Shown: positions 46,495-55,548 of the stretch, one piece after another
Numbering within the stretch: the first letter of the stretch is position 1
Layout: every line of letters starts with the position of its first letter
NCBI GenBank assembly: GCA_015064895.1
Contig: SVRI01000009.1
Coordinates: 15,138-79,137, forward strand
DNA: 64,000 nt
Reading direction: 5' to 3'
DNA from: Oscillospiraceae bacterium
GTDB lineage: Bacteria; Bacillota; Clostridia; Oscillospirales; CAG-382
The notes under the pieces: generated by a model
The model's input: only the letters and a program-made list of their open reading frames with translations
Database searches by the model: none
Told to the model about the DNA's origin: nothing
Position numbers and translations under genes: made by a program

Positions 46495-47891
46495 GTGAAC
46501 TTAAAAACAAAATCTATGATTGGATGCTTTCCCACAAGGAGGAGTTTTTATCCGACCTTGAAAGCCTCATTGCAATACCGTCCGTTGAAAGCAGAGCCGT
46601 CAACGGCAAGCCCTACGGCGAAGAATGTGCAAGAGCCCTTGATACAATGCTGGATTTATGTAAAAAACACGGTTTTGATACAAAGAATTTTGACTACCAT
46701 GCGGGTACTGCAATATTCAAGGGTAAAAATGATGAAATAAAGCTCGACGTACTTTCTCATCTTGATGTGGTAGCCACAGGAACGGGATGGAACTCGGATC
46801 CTTTCAAGCTGATTGAAAAAGACGGCTTTATATACGGCAGAGGAGTTGCCGACGACAAGGGACCCGCGGTTGCTTCGCTGTATGCCTGCCTTGCACTTAA
46901 AGATTTGGGTCTTTTACCGGAAAACAGTGTAAAGCTAATTTTTGGCTGTGCAGAAGAAACAGGTTCATCCGACCTTAAGCACTATTTCAAGACAGAAAAG
47001 AGTGCCCCCAACACCTTTACACCCGATGCGGACTTTCCTGTATACAACGGTGAAAAAGGAAGATATGTTCCCAATTTCTCGATGACAACTGAATACGAAA
47101 GCGGTGCCAGGGTTACGTCCTTCCAGTGCGGAAATGCACCCAACATTGTGCCTGAAAGAGCAAGATGCACCATTTGCGGTATTGACAAAAAGCTTCTTTC
47201 GGAAAACATCTCGGCTCTTGAAAAGGAACTGGGTGTAACATACGAGCTTTGCGAAGATGAAATCATATGCTTTGGAAAGAGTGCCCATGCATCAACCCCC
47301 GACAAGGGTATAAACGCTTTAACCGCACTCATAAAGCTTATCGTTTCGCTTCCCCTCTCAGATTGCAAGTCAACACGTGCATTCCATTCTCTTGAGGGTC
47401 TTCTTCCCCACGGCGACACAAACGGCACAAACGCCGGAATATATATGGCTGAGGATGTCAGCGGAGAAATTACCGTCGCCTTCAGCATGCTTCATTTTGA
47501 CGGAAGACAAATGCTGGGCGTCTGCGACATGAGGCTTCCATTCTGTGCAACCGAGGAAAACACAAAGGTTGTATTTGAAAAAGCTCTTTCAAACGAAGGC
47601 TTTACACTTTCGGGCGACATGACAAAGCCCCACTATGTAGAAAACGACAGCTTCTTTGTAAAGACACTGCTTAGATGCTACGAAGAGGTAACAGGCGAAA
47701 AGGGACAGACCCATGTAATGGGCGGCGGCACATATGTACACGACATTGACGGCGGTGTTGCATTCGGACCTGTATTTGAAAACATTGACTACAATGTAAA
47801 TCTTCACGGTGCAAACGAATGTATTAAGCTTTCCGACCTGCTTCTTGCGGCAACAATTTATTCCGTGGCAATTCTGGAAGTTACAAAATAA
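46491..47891 (+). CDS. M20 metallodipeptidase (PepV/Sapep family)
   Basis: SHLDVV, GRGVADDKGP, GCAEETG, TPDADFP, GKSAHAS, GGGTY, HGANE. Confidence 0.92.
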   Translation: MSELKNKIYDWMLSHKEEFLSDLESLIAIPSVESRAVNGKPYGEECARALDTMLDLCKKHGFDTKNFDYHAGTAIFKGKNDEIKLDVLSHLDVVATGTGWNSDPFKLIEKDGFIYGRGVADDKGPAVASLYACLALKDLGLLPENSVKLIFGCAEETGSSDLKHYFKTEKSAPNTFTPDADFPVYNGEKGRYVPNFSMTTEYESGARVTSFQCGNAPNIVPERARCTICGIDKKLLSENISALEKELGVTYELCEDEIICFGKSAHASTPDKGINALTALIKLIVSLPLSDCKSTRAFHSLEGLLPHGDTNGTNAGIYMAEDVSGEITVAFSMLHFDGRQMLGVCDMRLPFCATEENTKVVFEKALSNEGFTLSGDMTKPHYVENDSFFVKTLLRCYEEVTGEKGQTHVMGGGTYVHDIDGGVAFGPVFENIDYNVNLHGANECIKLSDLLLAATIYSVAILEVTK

Positions 47892-47895
47892 TATG

Positions 47896-47926
47896 AAAAA
47901 TCCCGAAGCTTTGCTTCGGGATTTTG
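47896..47926. terminator. Bidirectional terminator
   Basis: AAAATCCCGAAGC/GCTTCGGGATTTT. Confidence 0.8.
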
Positions 47927-47930
47927 TTCT

Positions 47931-48890
47931 TTAATCGTAATAATCGTAATTGCTAAAGCTGATACCAACTTCACTATAATCGCTATACTCGTTGAGAGAA
48001 GCATATATGCCGCTGTCACTCCAGGAATATGAGCCGTAGGAACTGTCATAGGTATAATCGTTACCATAGTAAGAAATCAGATTGTCAATCACATTTTCTG
48101 CCTGTGAGTCGGAAATGTCATCTGTGGATACATACATTCTGTAAAGACCGTAATCCGAGAAATAAAGGCTCATGTAATCACAATTTACATAACCGGTTAT
48201 GTTGTAATCTTCATCATAGTATTCATCATCCCAGTCACAAATTGTAATACAGTTGTCTTCGATATCGTATTCGCCGTCAATCACATATTCTGCTTCGTCC
48301 ATGCTCATACCGAAATAGAAACGACCGTATGCCTTTTCGCCGTAGGAGCTTGCATCGGGTTCGGTATCAGGTACAACCTCAACTTCTGTTTCAGTTTCAT
48401 CGCCGCTCACAACAACGTCTTCTGCATTGGGTCCGGAAGCGGGTTCTTCGGTATAGTTGTCAGCCAATTCTTCGAGAAAATCAGCCGCATCATCTTCATC
48501 ACATTCATCGCCGTCAATGTCAATCATACCCTTAGCGGTAAGCTCGTCATCTTCAAGCTCCATGAAAAGATAAATGTCGCCGTCTTCCGTCTTGATACGG
48601 TATGTACATGCTGTAGCATCCTTGGAAACGTCATCTTCTTCGTCAAGATCCTCAGAATCATCCCAGCCTTCTTCGTACTTTACCTTATCGCAGCCGTCAT
48701 AGCTTTCGAGAAGCTTGATGAACTCAACATCATCAAAATCTGTCCATACGGCTTCTTCGTAGATATCTTCGTCTTCGTCATCATCCTTCTTACTTCCGGA
48801 AGAAGAACCGCCCTCGCTACAGGATACTGCAACGAAAACCATGCTTGCACTCACCATAAGTGCGAGTAAAAGTCTGAATAATCTTTTCAT
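47931..48890 (-). CDS. Highly acidic lipoprotein
   Basis: MKRLFRLLLALMVSASMVFVAVSC lipobox; D/E/Y-rich body; AAGGAG RBS. Confidence 0.82.
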   Translation of the reverse strand: MKRLFRLLLALMVSASMVFVAVSCSEGGSSSGSKKDDDEDEDIYEEAVWTDFDDVEFIKLLESYDGCDKVKYEEGWDDSEDLDEEDDVSKDATACTYRIKTEDGDIYLFMELEDDELTAKGMIDIDGDECDEDDAADFLEELADNYTEEPASGPNAEDVVVSGDETETEVEVVPDTEPDASSYGEKAYGRFYFGMSMDEAEYVIDGEYDIEDNCITICDWDDEYYDEDYNITGYVNCDYMSLYFSDYGLYRMYVSTDDISDSQAENVIDNLISYYGNDYTYDSSYGSYSWSDSGIYASLNEYSDYSEVGISFSNYDYYD

Positions 48891-49056
48891 AACCTATTCT
48901 CCTTTAATTAAATATAGGTGCATTATATCACGTTTAGCATAAAAAATCAAGAGGTAATGGCATTTTTTGACAACAATGAGTCAAAATGCCGTTTTAATTC
49001 TCAAAAAAACTCCTTTTTTTGAATTTTCGATTCATTTACAGTTCTAACCCGTCAAA

Positions 49057-49230
49057 GAAATAAGTCCCGACAGCTTTGCGATTATCCGTCTTGCCGAGTT
49101 TTTTCAAGTAAGTACAGACTACCTTCTTGGATATGCTTGTTCAAACATAAAAAACAAGGAAGATATTATGGCAAAACTTTCAAGAATCGAAAAAGAAATC
49201 AACGACATAAAAAGGTATATAAAACAGTAA
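49057..49230 (+). pseudogene. 5'-truncated XRE/HTH regulator remnant
   Basis: Translated by hand: EISPDSFAIIRLAEFFQVSTDYLLGYAC...RYIKQ*; in-frame TAA at 49045-49047 upstream, no start codon before the HTH half. Confidence 0.7.
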
Positions 49231-49264
49231 AGACTTCATCCCTCGTGAGATGAAGTCTTTTTTT
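49230..49264. terminator. Terminator
   Basis: AAAGACTTCATC/GATGAAGTCTTT followed by a T-run. Confidence 0.75.
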
Positions 49265-49274
49265 GGTTGAATTG

Positions 49275-51458
49275 TTAATTCATCAAAGATGACATATCCG
49301 ACATTTCCCTCTGAGCCATAACAAGGCCGTAATATATACCTTCCTTTGCCATAAGCTCATCGTGAGTGCCAACCTCTGCAACTCTACCTTTATCAAGCAC
49401 AACAAGTCTGTTTGCATTTCTGAGTGTGGACAGTCTGTGTGCAATGGCAATGGTTGTTCTTTCCTTTGAAAGCTCCGAAAGGGCATCCTGAATCTGCTTT
49501 TCGGTCTCGGTATCAAGGGATGCCGTTGCCTCATCGAGGATAAGAATCTTAGGATTATGAAGAAGTGCACGGGCAATGGCAATTCTCTGTTTTTCACCGC
49601 CCGAAAGGGTATTACCTCTTTCGCCTACCTTGGTGTTATATCCGTCGGGAAGTCTCATAATAAAGCTGTGACAGCCGGCAAGTTTTGACACCTTTATGAC
49701 TTCTTCACGTGTCGCACCCGCCTTGGCATAGGCAATGTTCTGGTAAACAGTACCCGAAAACAAGAATGTTTCCTGAAGCACAACACCCATCTGGCTTCGA
49801 AGGGATTCCTGAGAAATATCCCTGATATCAACTCCGTCAATGGTGATATTTCCTTCGTCAACGTCATACATACGCATGATAAGATTTATAAGCGTGCTCT
49901 TACCGACCCCCGATGCACCCACAAGACCGATGAATTCTCCCTTTTTGATATGTACATCAATCTTATGCAGTACTTCCTTGCCGCTATCATATCCGAAGGA
50001 AACATTGTTTATGTCAATGTCACCGTTGATTTCAAGACTTTTGGGTTCATCGACATCCTTGACGTCTATTTCCTCATCCAGAATTTCAAAAATCTTGGTA
50101 CATGAAGTCATGAAATTCATGATATTTCTCGGAATATGGGCAATCATACGCAAAGGACCGTAAATCATGGCTGCATATGCCGAGAACTGGCTCATTTCAC
50201 CGAGAGTCATATCTCCGCCGAGTATTTTATTGCCTACATAGTAAAGAATTATAAACTCGCCGAAGCTCATCATGAATCTGAGAACGGGCATGATAATACT
50301 CCAGATACAGTCAGTCTTTTCCTGTAGTTCCTTTTCGTTCCGTGTTACCTTTTCATATCTCTCACCCTCGCGTTTTTCCATACCGTATGCCTTGACAACA
50401 CGGATGCCCGAGAAAATATCGTGAAGGGTTGTGTTAGCCTTCGAACCCGCTTCCCATCTTTTATGGAACAGGGTACGCATGAATTTCCAAAACAGACGGA
50501 AGGATAAAACCACTATGGGTGTCGGTGCTATTATAAACAAAAACAGAAGCGGATCATATAAGAATATAAATACTCCGACAACAATCATTACTGTCAGCTG
50601 TTCAAAAACGCTCGGCAGATAGCTTACCAGAAAGTTATTTACTACGGATGTATCCGTCATAATTCTTCTCATAAGATCCCCTGCCGTTCTTTCGGAAATC
50701 TTTGAAACTGACAACCTCTGAACCTTGTTGAACAGCATGCTTCTCATATCTATAACCATTCTGCTGCTGGAGTATATCAGAAGATGGGATCTTAATCCTG
50801 CCAGAAGTCTTGAAACCAATTCGAGCACAAGCAACAGAATTATCACGAGTGAATAGACGTTTATATCTATCTTTTCGGGATTTTTGCTTGTTATGTAATC
50901 ATCTACAACAATTCTGTTCAAGTACGGATTCAGCAGGTGAAAGGCACTTATTCCGAAGAACATTGCGACAGAGAAAAATACAAACCACTTATAAGGCTTA
51001 ATAAATTTCCAAAGCCGCTTTATGGTCTTGCTTTTGTCCACACAGTGAAGACAAACCGAAGAACCCGGCTTATACGGGCGTCCGCATTTTGGACAGACAT
51101 CCGCAGTTTCCTTTATGTCTGCAGGCATAACACCGTCCTCAAAGAAGAAATTCATCTTTCTGACAGCCTTTATCGCCTTTTTTGACAGCTTTGTATCTGC
51201 TCTGCCAAGAATATGCACGCTGTCATCCTTCTTCATTCTGCACGAAATATAAAGGCAACCGACGCCAAGCTCGGAAATAAGCTCGGATATCTCGTCTGTT
51301 TTTATTTCTTTTTCTGTTTTTTCGTCAATGACAACAATTAGCTTTTCCTTTTCAAGTATAACCTCACCGTTACAACGTCCGTGAGGCAGGATGGGGTGAA
51401 GATTAAACTTAAAGGACATAAGCCTTGCGTCATTCTGATTTGTTTTGTTTTCAGACAT
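49275..51458 (-). CDS. ABC exporter (TMD+NBD) with N-terminal extension and zinc ribbon
   Basis: CPKCG...CLHC before the TMD; GASGVGKST, LSGGEKQR, LILDEAT, IAHRL. Confidence 0.92.
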   Translation of the reverse strand: MSENKTNQNDARLMSFKFNLHPILPHGRCNGEVILEKEKLIVVIDEKTEKEIKTDEISELISELGVGCLYISCRMKKDDSVHILGRADTKLSKKAIKAVRKMNFFFEDGVMPADIKETADVCPKCGRPYKPGSSVCLHCVDKSKTIKRLWKFIKPYKWFVFFSVAMFFGISAFHLLNPYLNRIVVDDYITSKNPEKIDINVYSLVIILLLVLELVSRLLAGLRSHLLIYSSSRMVIDMRSMLFNKVQRLSVSKISERTAGDLMRRIMTDTSVVNNFLVSYLPSVFEQLTVMIVVGVFIFLYDPLLFLFIIAPTPIVVLSFRLFWKFMRTLFHKRWEAGSKANTTLHDIFSGIRVVKAYGMEKREGERYEKVTRNEKELQEKTDCIWSIIMPVLRFMMSFGEFIILYYVGNKILGGDMTLGEMSQFSAYAAMIYGPLRMIAHIPRNIMNFMTSCTKIFEILDEEIDVKDVDEPKSLEINGDIDINNVSFGYDSGKEVLHKIDVHIKKGEFIGLVGASGVGKSTLINLIMRMYDVDEGNITIDGVDIRDISQESLRSQMGVVLQETFLFSGTVYQNIAYAKAGATREEVIKVSKLAGCHSFIMRLPDGYNTKVGERGNTLSGGEKQRIAIARALLHNPKILILDEATASLDTETEKQIQDALSELSKERTTIAIAHRLSTLRNANRLVVLDKGRVAEVGTHDELMAKEGIYYGLVMAQREMSDMSSLMN

Positions 51459-51471
51459 AAAAATCACTTTC

Positions 51472-52041
51472 TTACATATAAAGTTCAATCTTCTTGTGGC
51501 TCTTTTTGTCAAGCCCCATAATGCTTTCAATCACAAAACGGTTGCCGTCAACATCAAGCAGGATTGCTCTGTCGTCACCGACTCTTATTATATTTCTGAA
51601 GGTATCCTGCATGGTGAATTTAACATTTCTGCCGTCCTCACACACAACCTCCCAGTAGGAAAAACCGTATCTTTCCTTGAGAGAAGTAATTGTCTTTATT
51701 ACGGGCTCGTAATACTTGCGTTTAAGTTCTGTGACAAGTATTTCCTTTTCCTCGCCCTCAAACTCGTCTATTTTGTATATAATACCTATTTCAATCTGGT
51801 CGGAATCAAGTACCGAAACATATTCCCACAAGAGCTCAAAGGGAAATGCCCTGTGAAGAAAAACTCTGTCATATACCTTTTCTTCGCCGTTTTCTTCCTT
51901 TTTAGTCATGGAAAGAAATCCGTTTTTCATACAGAAAACAGCATTGGTTTTATCGATTCTTTTCACCTCTGTGGATGTGTCAACAGGACCTCTTGCGTGA
52001 GGACCTCTGCCACCCATGGGCGGTCTTCCGTGTCCGAACAT
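51472..52041 (-). CDS. DUF1854-like protein
   Basis: RAFPF...EYVSV...EIG, EL.RKYY.P.I..I, W.V, DVDGNRF.I...LD..S; lies between two ABC genes. Confidence 0.75.
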   Translation of the reverse strand: MFGHGRPPMGGRGPHARGPVDTSTEVKRIDKTNAVFCMKNGFLSMTKKEENGEEKVYDRVFLHRAFPFELLWEYVSVLDSDQIEIGIIYKIDEFEGEEKEILVTELKRKYYEPVIKTITSLKERYGFSYWEVVCEDGRNVKFTMQDTFRNIIRVGDDRAILLDVDGNRFVIESIMGLDKKSHKKIELYM

Positions 52042-52052
52042 ATTCTTTCCCC

Positions 52053-54350
52053 CTATTCTGCAATACCTGCATTTTTAAGTGCTTCAAGCTGCAGCGTATA
52101 CAGCTTATTATATACGCCGTCTTCTTTGGCTAAAAGCTCTTTATGTGTGCCTTCCTCTGCAACCTTACCGTGTTCGATGACAATAAGCTTGTCAGCGTCT
52201 CTGAGGGTTGAAAGTCTGTGGGCAATCATAATTGTTGTCTTACCTTTGGTAAGCGTTGTAAGTGCATTCTGGATAAGCTTTTCTGTCTTTGTATCCATGG
52301 CAGCGGTCGCTTCATCAAGAATAAGTATCTTCGGGTCTCGAAGTATTGCCCTTGCAATAGACACTCTCTGTCTTTCGCCGCCCGAAAGGTCTTTATATCC
52401 AAATCCGATTTTTGTGTTGTATGCATCGGGAAGCTTCATAATAAACTCGTGTGCACCCGCACATTTTGCCGCCCATATTACTTCATCATATGTAGCATCG
52501 GGTCTTGCATATTTGATGTTATCAAGAATTGTACCTATAAACAGATAAGTTTCCTGGGAAACAATGGCGATGTTTTTATACAGCGATTCAAATGACAAAT
52601 CCTTGACATTTATGCCGTCAATATAAACGCCGCCCTCATCGCTGTCATAAAGACGCATGATAAGGTTTGCAATGGTACTCTTACCTGCACCCGTATGTCC
52701 CACAATGCCGAGGGTGTGTCCCGCCTCGATGTCGAAGGACACGTTATCAATAACCTTTTTGTGCTTTGAATAACCGAAATCAACATTTCTGAATTCAACT
52801 CTTCCCTCCATATTTTCAAGGGTTACCGGATTTTCCTTTTCCGTGACCTCGGGTTCCGTGTCGTATATTTCAAACAGGCGCTGCAAAGCATTCGTGCAGG
52901 AGGCTGACTGGTCAATCATTTGTGCAAAGAAGAACATGGGATTGTAAATCATATTTACATAAGCCGTAAAGGTAATGAGCTTTCCGTATGTAAATCCCCC
53001 TATTCCTTTCATTACCATATAACCGCCGACACCGAGTGCAACAATGTTACCGACATACAGAATAAGTCCTATATAAGGATAGGTGTAATTATTGAAAAGA
53101 CGCATTTTAAGTCCGGTATCAGCAGAGCGTTTATTATATTTGTAAAAGCGTTTTTCTTCTTCGTCTTCCTTTGAAAATGCCTTGACAACTCTTATTCCGC
53201 CGAGAACGTCCGAAAGCTGGCTGTCCATCTTGCGTACTCCCGAATAGTCCCTTGCGTGAAGCTTGCGGGACACCCCGTAGGTTTTTCGAAGCACTACAAA
53301 AAATATCGGAACCGTTACAAGCGACATTGCCGCAAGAATCGGATTCATTACAAACAAAACTACAACAAGCACCACAACCTGTACGATATTCACAAGAAAA
53401 TAAGGCACACCGTCACAGAAAAAGCCGTAAATGGTGTTTGAGTCATTATTGACCTGCGTCATAAGACCGCCTGTCTGACGTGCCGTAAAAAATCCCATGG
53501 ATAATCTTTCGATAGCACCGAAAATGGTGTTTTTCAGGTCGTATACAATTTTTGCCGCAATTTTTGTGGAAATATAGCCGTTAACCATATCGGCAATAAT
53601 CATAAGCACCTGGGTTGCCACAACAATGCCTATGGCAACAAGAACTTCGCCGTAAAGACTACCGTTCTTTTCAAGTACCTCATCAAAGAAGAATCCCTTG
53701 GAGAAATAAGGTGTAAGTATTCCCATGCATGTCATTACAACAAGTGATACAAGAAGAATTACAAGCTCCTTTTTGTACTTTAAAAGAAATACTCCGAAGC
53801 GTGAAAAAAGCTTTCCCTTTTCCATACATCTGGGACAGATTTTTCTGTTTCTGTCGGGATATCTCATGCCGCACTTGGGACAGGCATTTTCTTTGGGGTC
53901 ATCCTCTTTATCTATTTCAAAATCGGGACTTGTAATCTCGCCCTTTTTTATTCTCGAAAGATATTTACAGAAAAGACCTGCATTGCCCTTGCAAAAGTTT
54001 GTCATGGCAGTAAGGAATACCGCATCTCCCTCTGCTGTTTTTGCTACAAGGCGGGAGGATGACATAAGTTCTTCAATTCTTACATCCTCCAAATCCGACA
54101 ACTTATACTCTCTGTAGTCATTTTCGACCCAGCCCCTATCAAGTCCCTTACGGGCATTTTCTTTATGCACCAGAGTTTCAAAACCCGAAAGGACATAGAG
54201 ATATTCATTTGTGGCGGTAATATATGTGTCGCAGAAGTTATGCTCTGCATCCATATCGCAGTATGTAGCAATGTAGATGTTTTCTACATCTGCGCCTTTG
54301 TCCGAAAGTATGTCAAAAACATAGTTCGGTATTTTTTCAAAAGCGTACAC
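52053..54350 (-). CDS. ABC exporter (TMD+NBD) with N-terminal extension and zinc ribbon
   Basis: CPKCG...CPRC before the TMD; GHTGAGKST, LSGGERQR, LILDEAT, IAHRL. Confidence 0.92.
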   Translation of the reverse strand: MYAFEKIPNYVFDILSDKGADVENIYIATYCDMDAEHNFCDTYITATNEYLYVLSGFETLVHKENARKGLDRGWVENDYREYKLSDLEDVRIEELMSSSRLVAKTAEGDAVFLTAMTNFCKGNAGLFCKYLSRIKKGEITSPDFEIDKEDDPKENACPKCGMRYPDRNRKICPRCMEKGKLFSRFGVFLLKYKKELVILLVSLVVMTCMGILTPYFSKGFFFDEVLEKNGSLYGEVLVAIGIVVATQVLMIIADMVNGYISTKIAAKIVYDLKNTIFGAIERLSMGFFTARQTGGLMTQVNNDSNTIYGFFCDGVPYFLVNIVQVVVLVVVLFVMNPILAAMSLVTVPIFFVVLRKTYGVSRKLHARDYSGVRKMDSQLSDVLGGIRVVKAFSKEDEEEKRFYKYNKRSADTGLKMRLFNNYTYPYIGLILYVGNIVALGVGGYMVMKGIGGFTYGKLITFTAYVNMIYNPMFFFAQMIDQSASCTNALQRLFEIYDTEPEVTEKENPVTLENMEGRVEFRNVDFGYSKHKKVIDNVSFDIEAGHTLGIVGHTGAGKSTIANLIMRLYDSDEGGVYIDGINVKDLSFESLYKNIAIVSQETYLFIGTILDNIKYARPDATYDEVIWAAKCAGAHEFIMKLPDAYNTKIGFGYKDLSGGERQRVSIARAILRDPKILILDEATAAMDTKTEKLIQNALTTLTKGKTTIMIAHRLSTLRDADKLIVIEHGKVAEEGTHKELLAKEDGVYNKLYTLQLEALKNAGIAE

Positions 54351-54389
54351 TTACTTTTTCTTTCGCAGAAAAAGTAAGCAAAAAGAACT
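54350..54389. repeat. Family-B palindrome (CTTACTTTTTC-loop-GAAAAAGTAAG-CAAAA)
   Basis: Related copies at 15152-15195, 41731-41765 and 56722-56768. Confidence 0.8.
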
Positions 54390-54484
54390 CGCGGAAATCA
54401 CCTTTCCCACGAAAGACACCTCCTTTACATATTTCTCGAATGGAGTTTCATTTTGCCGCCGACAAGGCAGGCGTCAAAATGATT

Positions 54485-55528
54485 CTAAAGCAGTTTGTTT
54501 TCTTCTATAAGGTCGCCGAGCACCCTTGCCATTGAAGCAAAGCCATGGTCTGTAGGATGGATATTATCGACCAGTCCTTCATCCCCGCAGTATTTGCAAA
54601 GGTCGCGGCCGTCTATAAAGTAGACATTTTTATCGCCCCTTGCCTTTGCATTCTCATATGTTTTCTTTATAATTTCAACCCTTTTCAATTCCTCATCGTC
54701 AAGGTAAAGCTTCGGTCTTGACATCATAATAATCGGCAAATCCGGGTTGCTTTCACGGACAGTTTTGAACATTCTCTCATGTGTTGCTTCAAGAAATTCG
54801 GGGTCATCCGCGTTATAGTCATAATCATAAACAAAGATTGACATATCAAGGTTTGCAATATATTCTGCAATCTCAACCTGTGCCCTTGCTGAACCCGAAA
54901 ATCCAAGGTTTATATGGTCGCAGTCAAATCTACGTGTGATATAACCCTGATAGCAGATTCCGGGGCGGGATGCACATGCACCCTGAGTAATAGATGAGCC
55001 GTAGCAGACAACGGGTTCTGTAATTCTATACTCTGTCGGCGCTTCAACTGCTGCGTTTTCGTCAAGTCCGATATAAAGCTTATCAACCTCGCTGTAAAGG
55101 GGCATATTGATTGTGACTTCCTTCATGCCGTCGTCGGCAAATTCAATAAGCCTTTCATAACCCATTGTTTTGTAGTCTTCAGGAATGAAAGTGCCTGCAT
55201 ATGTACCTCCGAAATACATATCAAATCCGCAGGAGCCTGTATATGCAAAGTGGGGCATCTGTCCCATATCGCCCTCGTAATATATGGCAAATCTCTTGCT
55301 GTTGGTACGAAAACGCACCCTGCCGCCTGCCGTGTTTCTTGAAAGGCTGACATGCCAGCCTCCAAGCCTATCGCCGAGTTCCTGAGGCATTCTTCTGTAC
55401 TTTTCACCGTCGTAGTACACACCGTAAACCTTGAAAGGCGCGTCCTTTGAGTCATAAAACCTGAGACGGTCGGTATTAAGCGAAGTTTCAAACTCCACAT
55501 TACCATTTATTCTGACTTTTGTACCCAT
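54485..55528 (-). CDS. SGNH hydrolase with GxDLY-type N-terminal domain
   Basis: TAGGRVRFRTNS, GFDMY, YGSSITQG, NLGFSGSA, DYDYN, DNIHP. Confidence 0.9.
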   Translation of the reverse strand: MGTKVRINGNVEFETSLNTDRLRFYDSKDAPFKVYGVYYDGEKYRRMPQELGDRLGGWHVSLSRNTAGGRVRFRTNSKRFAIYYEGDMGQMPHFAYTGSCGFDMYFGGTYAGTFIPEDYKTMGYERLIEFADDGMKEVTINMPLYSEVDKLYIGLDENAAVEAPTEYRITEPVVCYGSSITQGACASRPGICYQGYITRRFDCDHINLGFSGSARAQVEIAEYIANLDMSIFVYDYDYNADDPEFLEATHERMFKTVRESNPDLPIIMMSRPKLYLDDEELKRVEIIKKTYENAKARGDKNVYFIDGRDLCKYCGDEGLVDNIHPTDHGFASMARVLGDLIEENKLL

Positions 55529-55548
55529 ATCGGCATCCTCCAAAGCTG

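Noticed and set aside
51445-52548. 367-aa plus-strand ORF
   Set aside because: Antisense shadow of the DUF1854-like and ABC genes.
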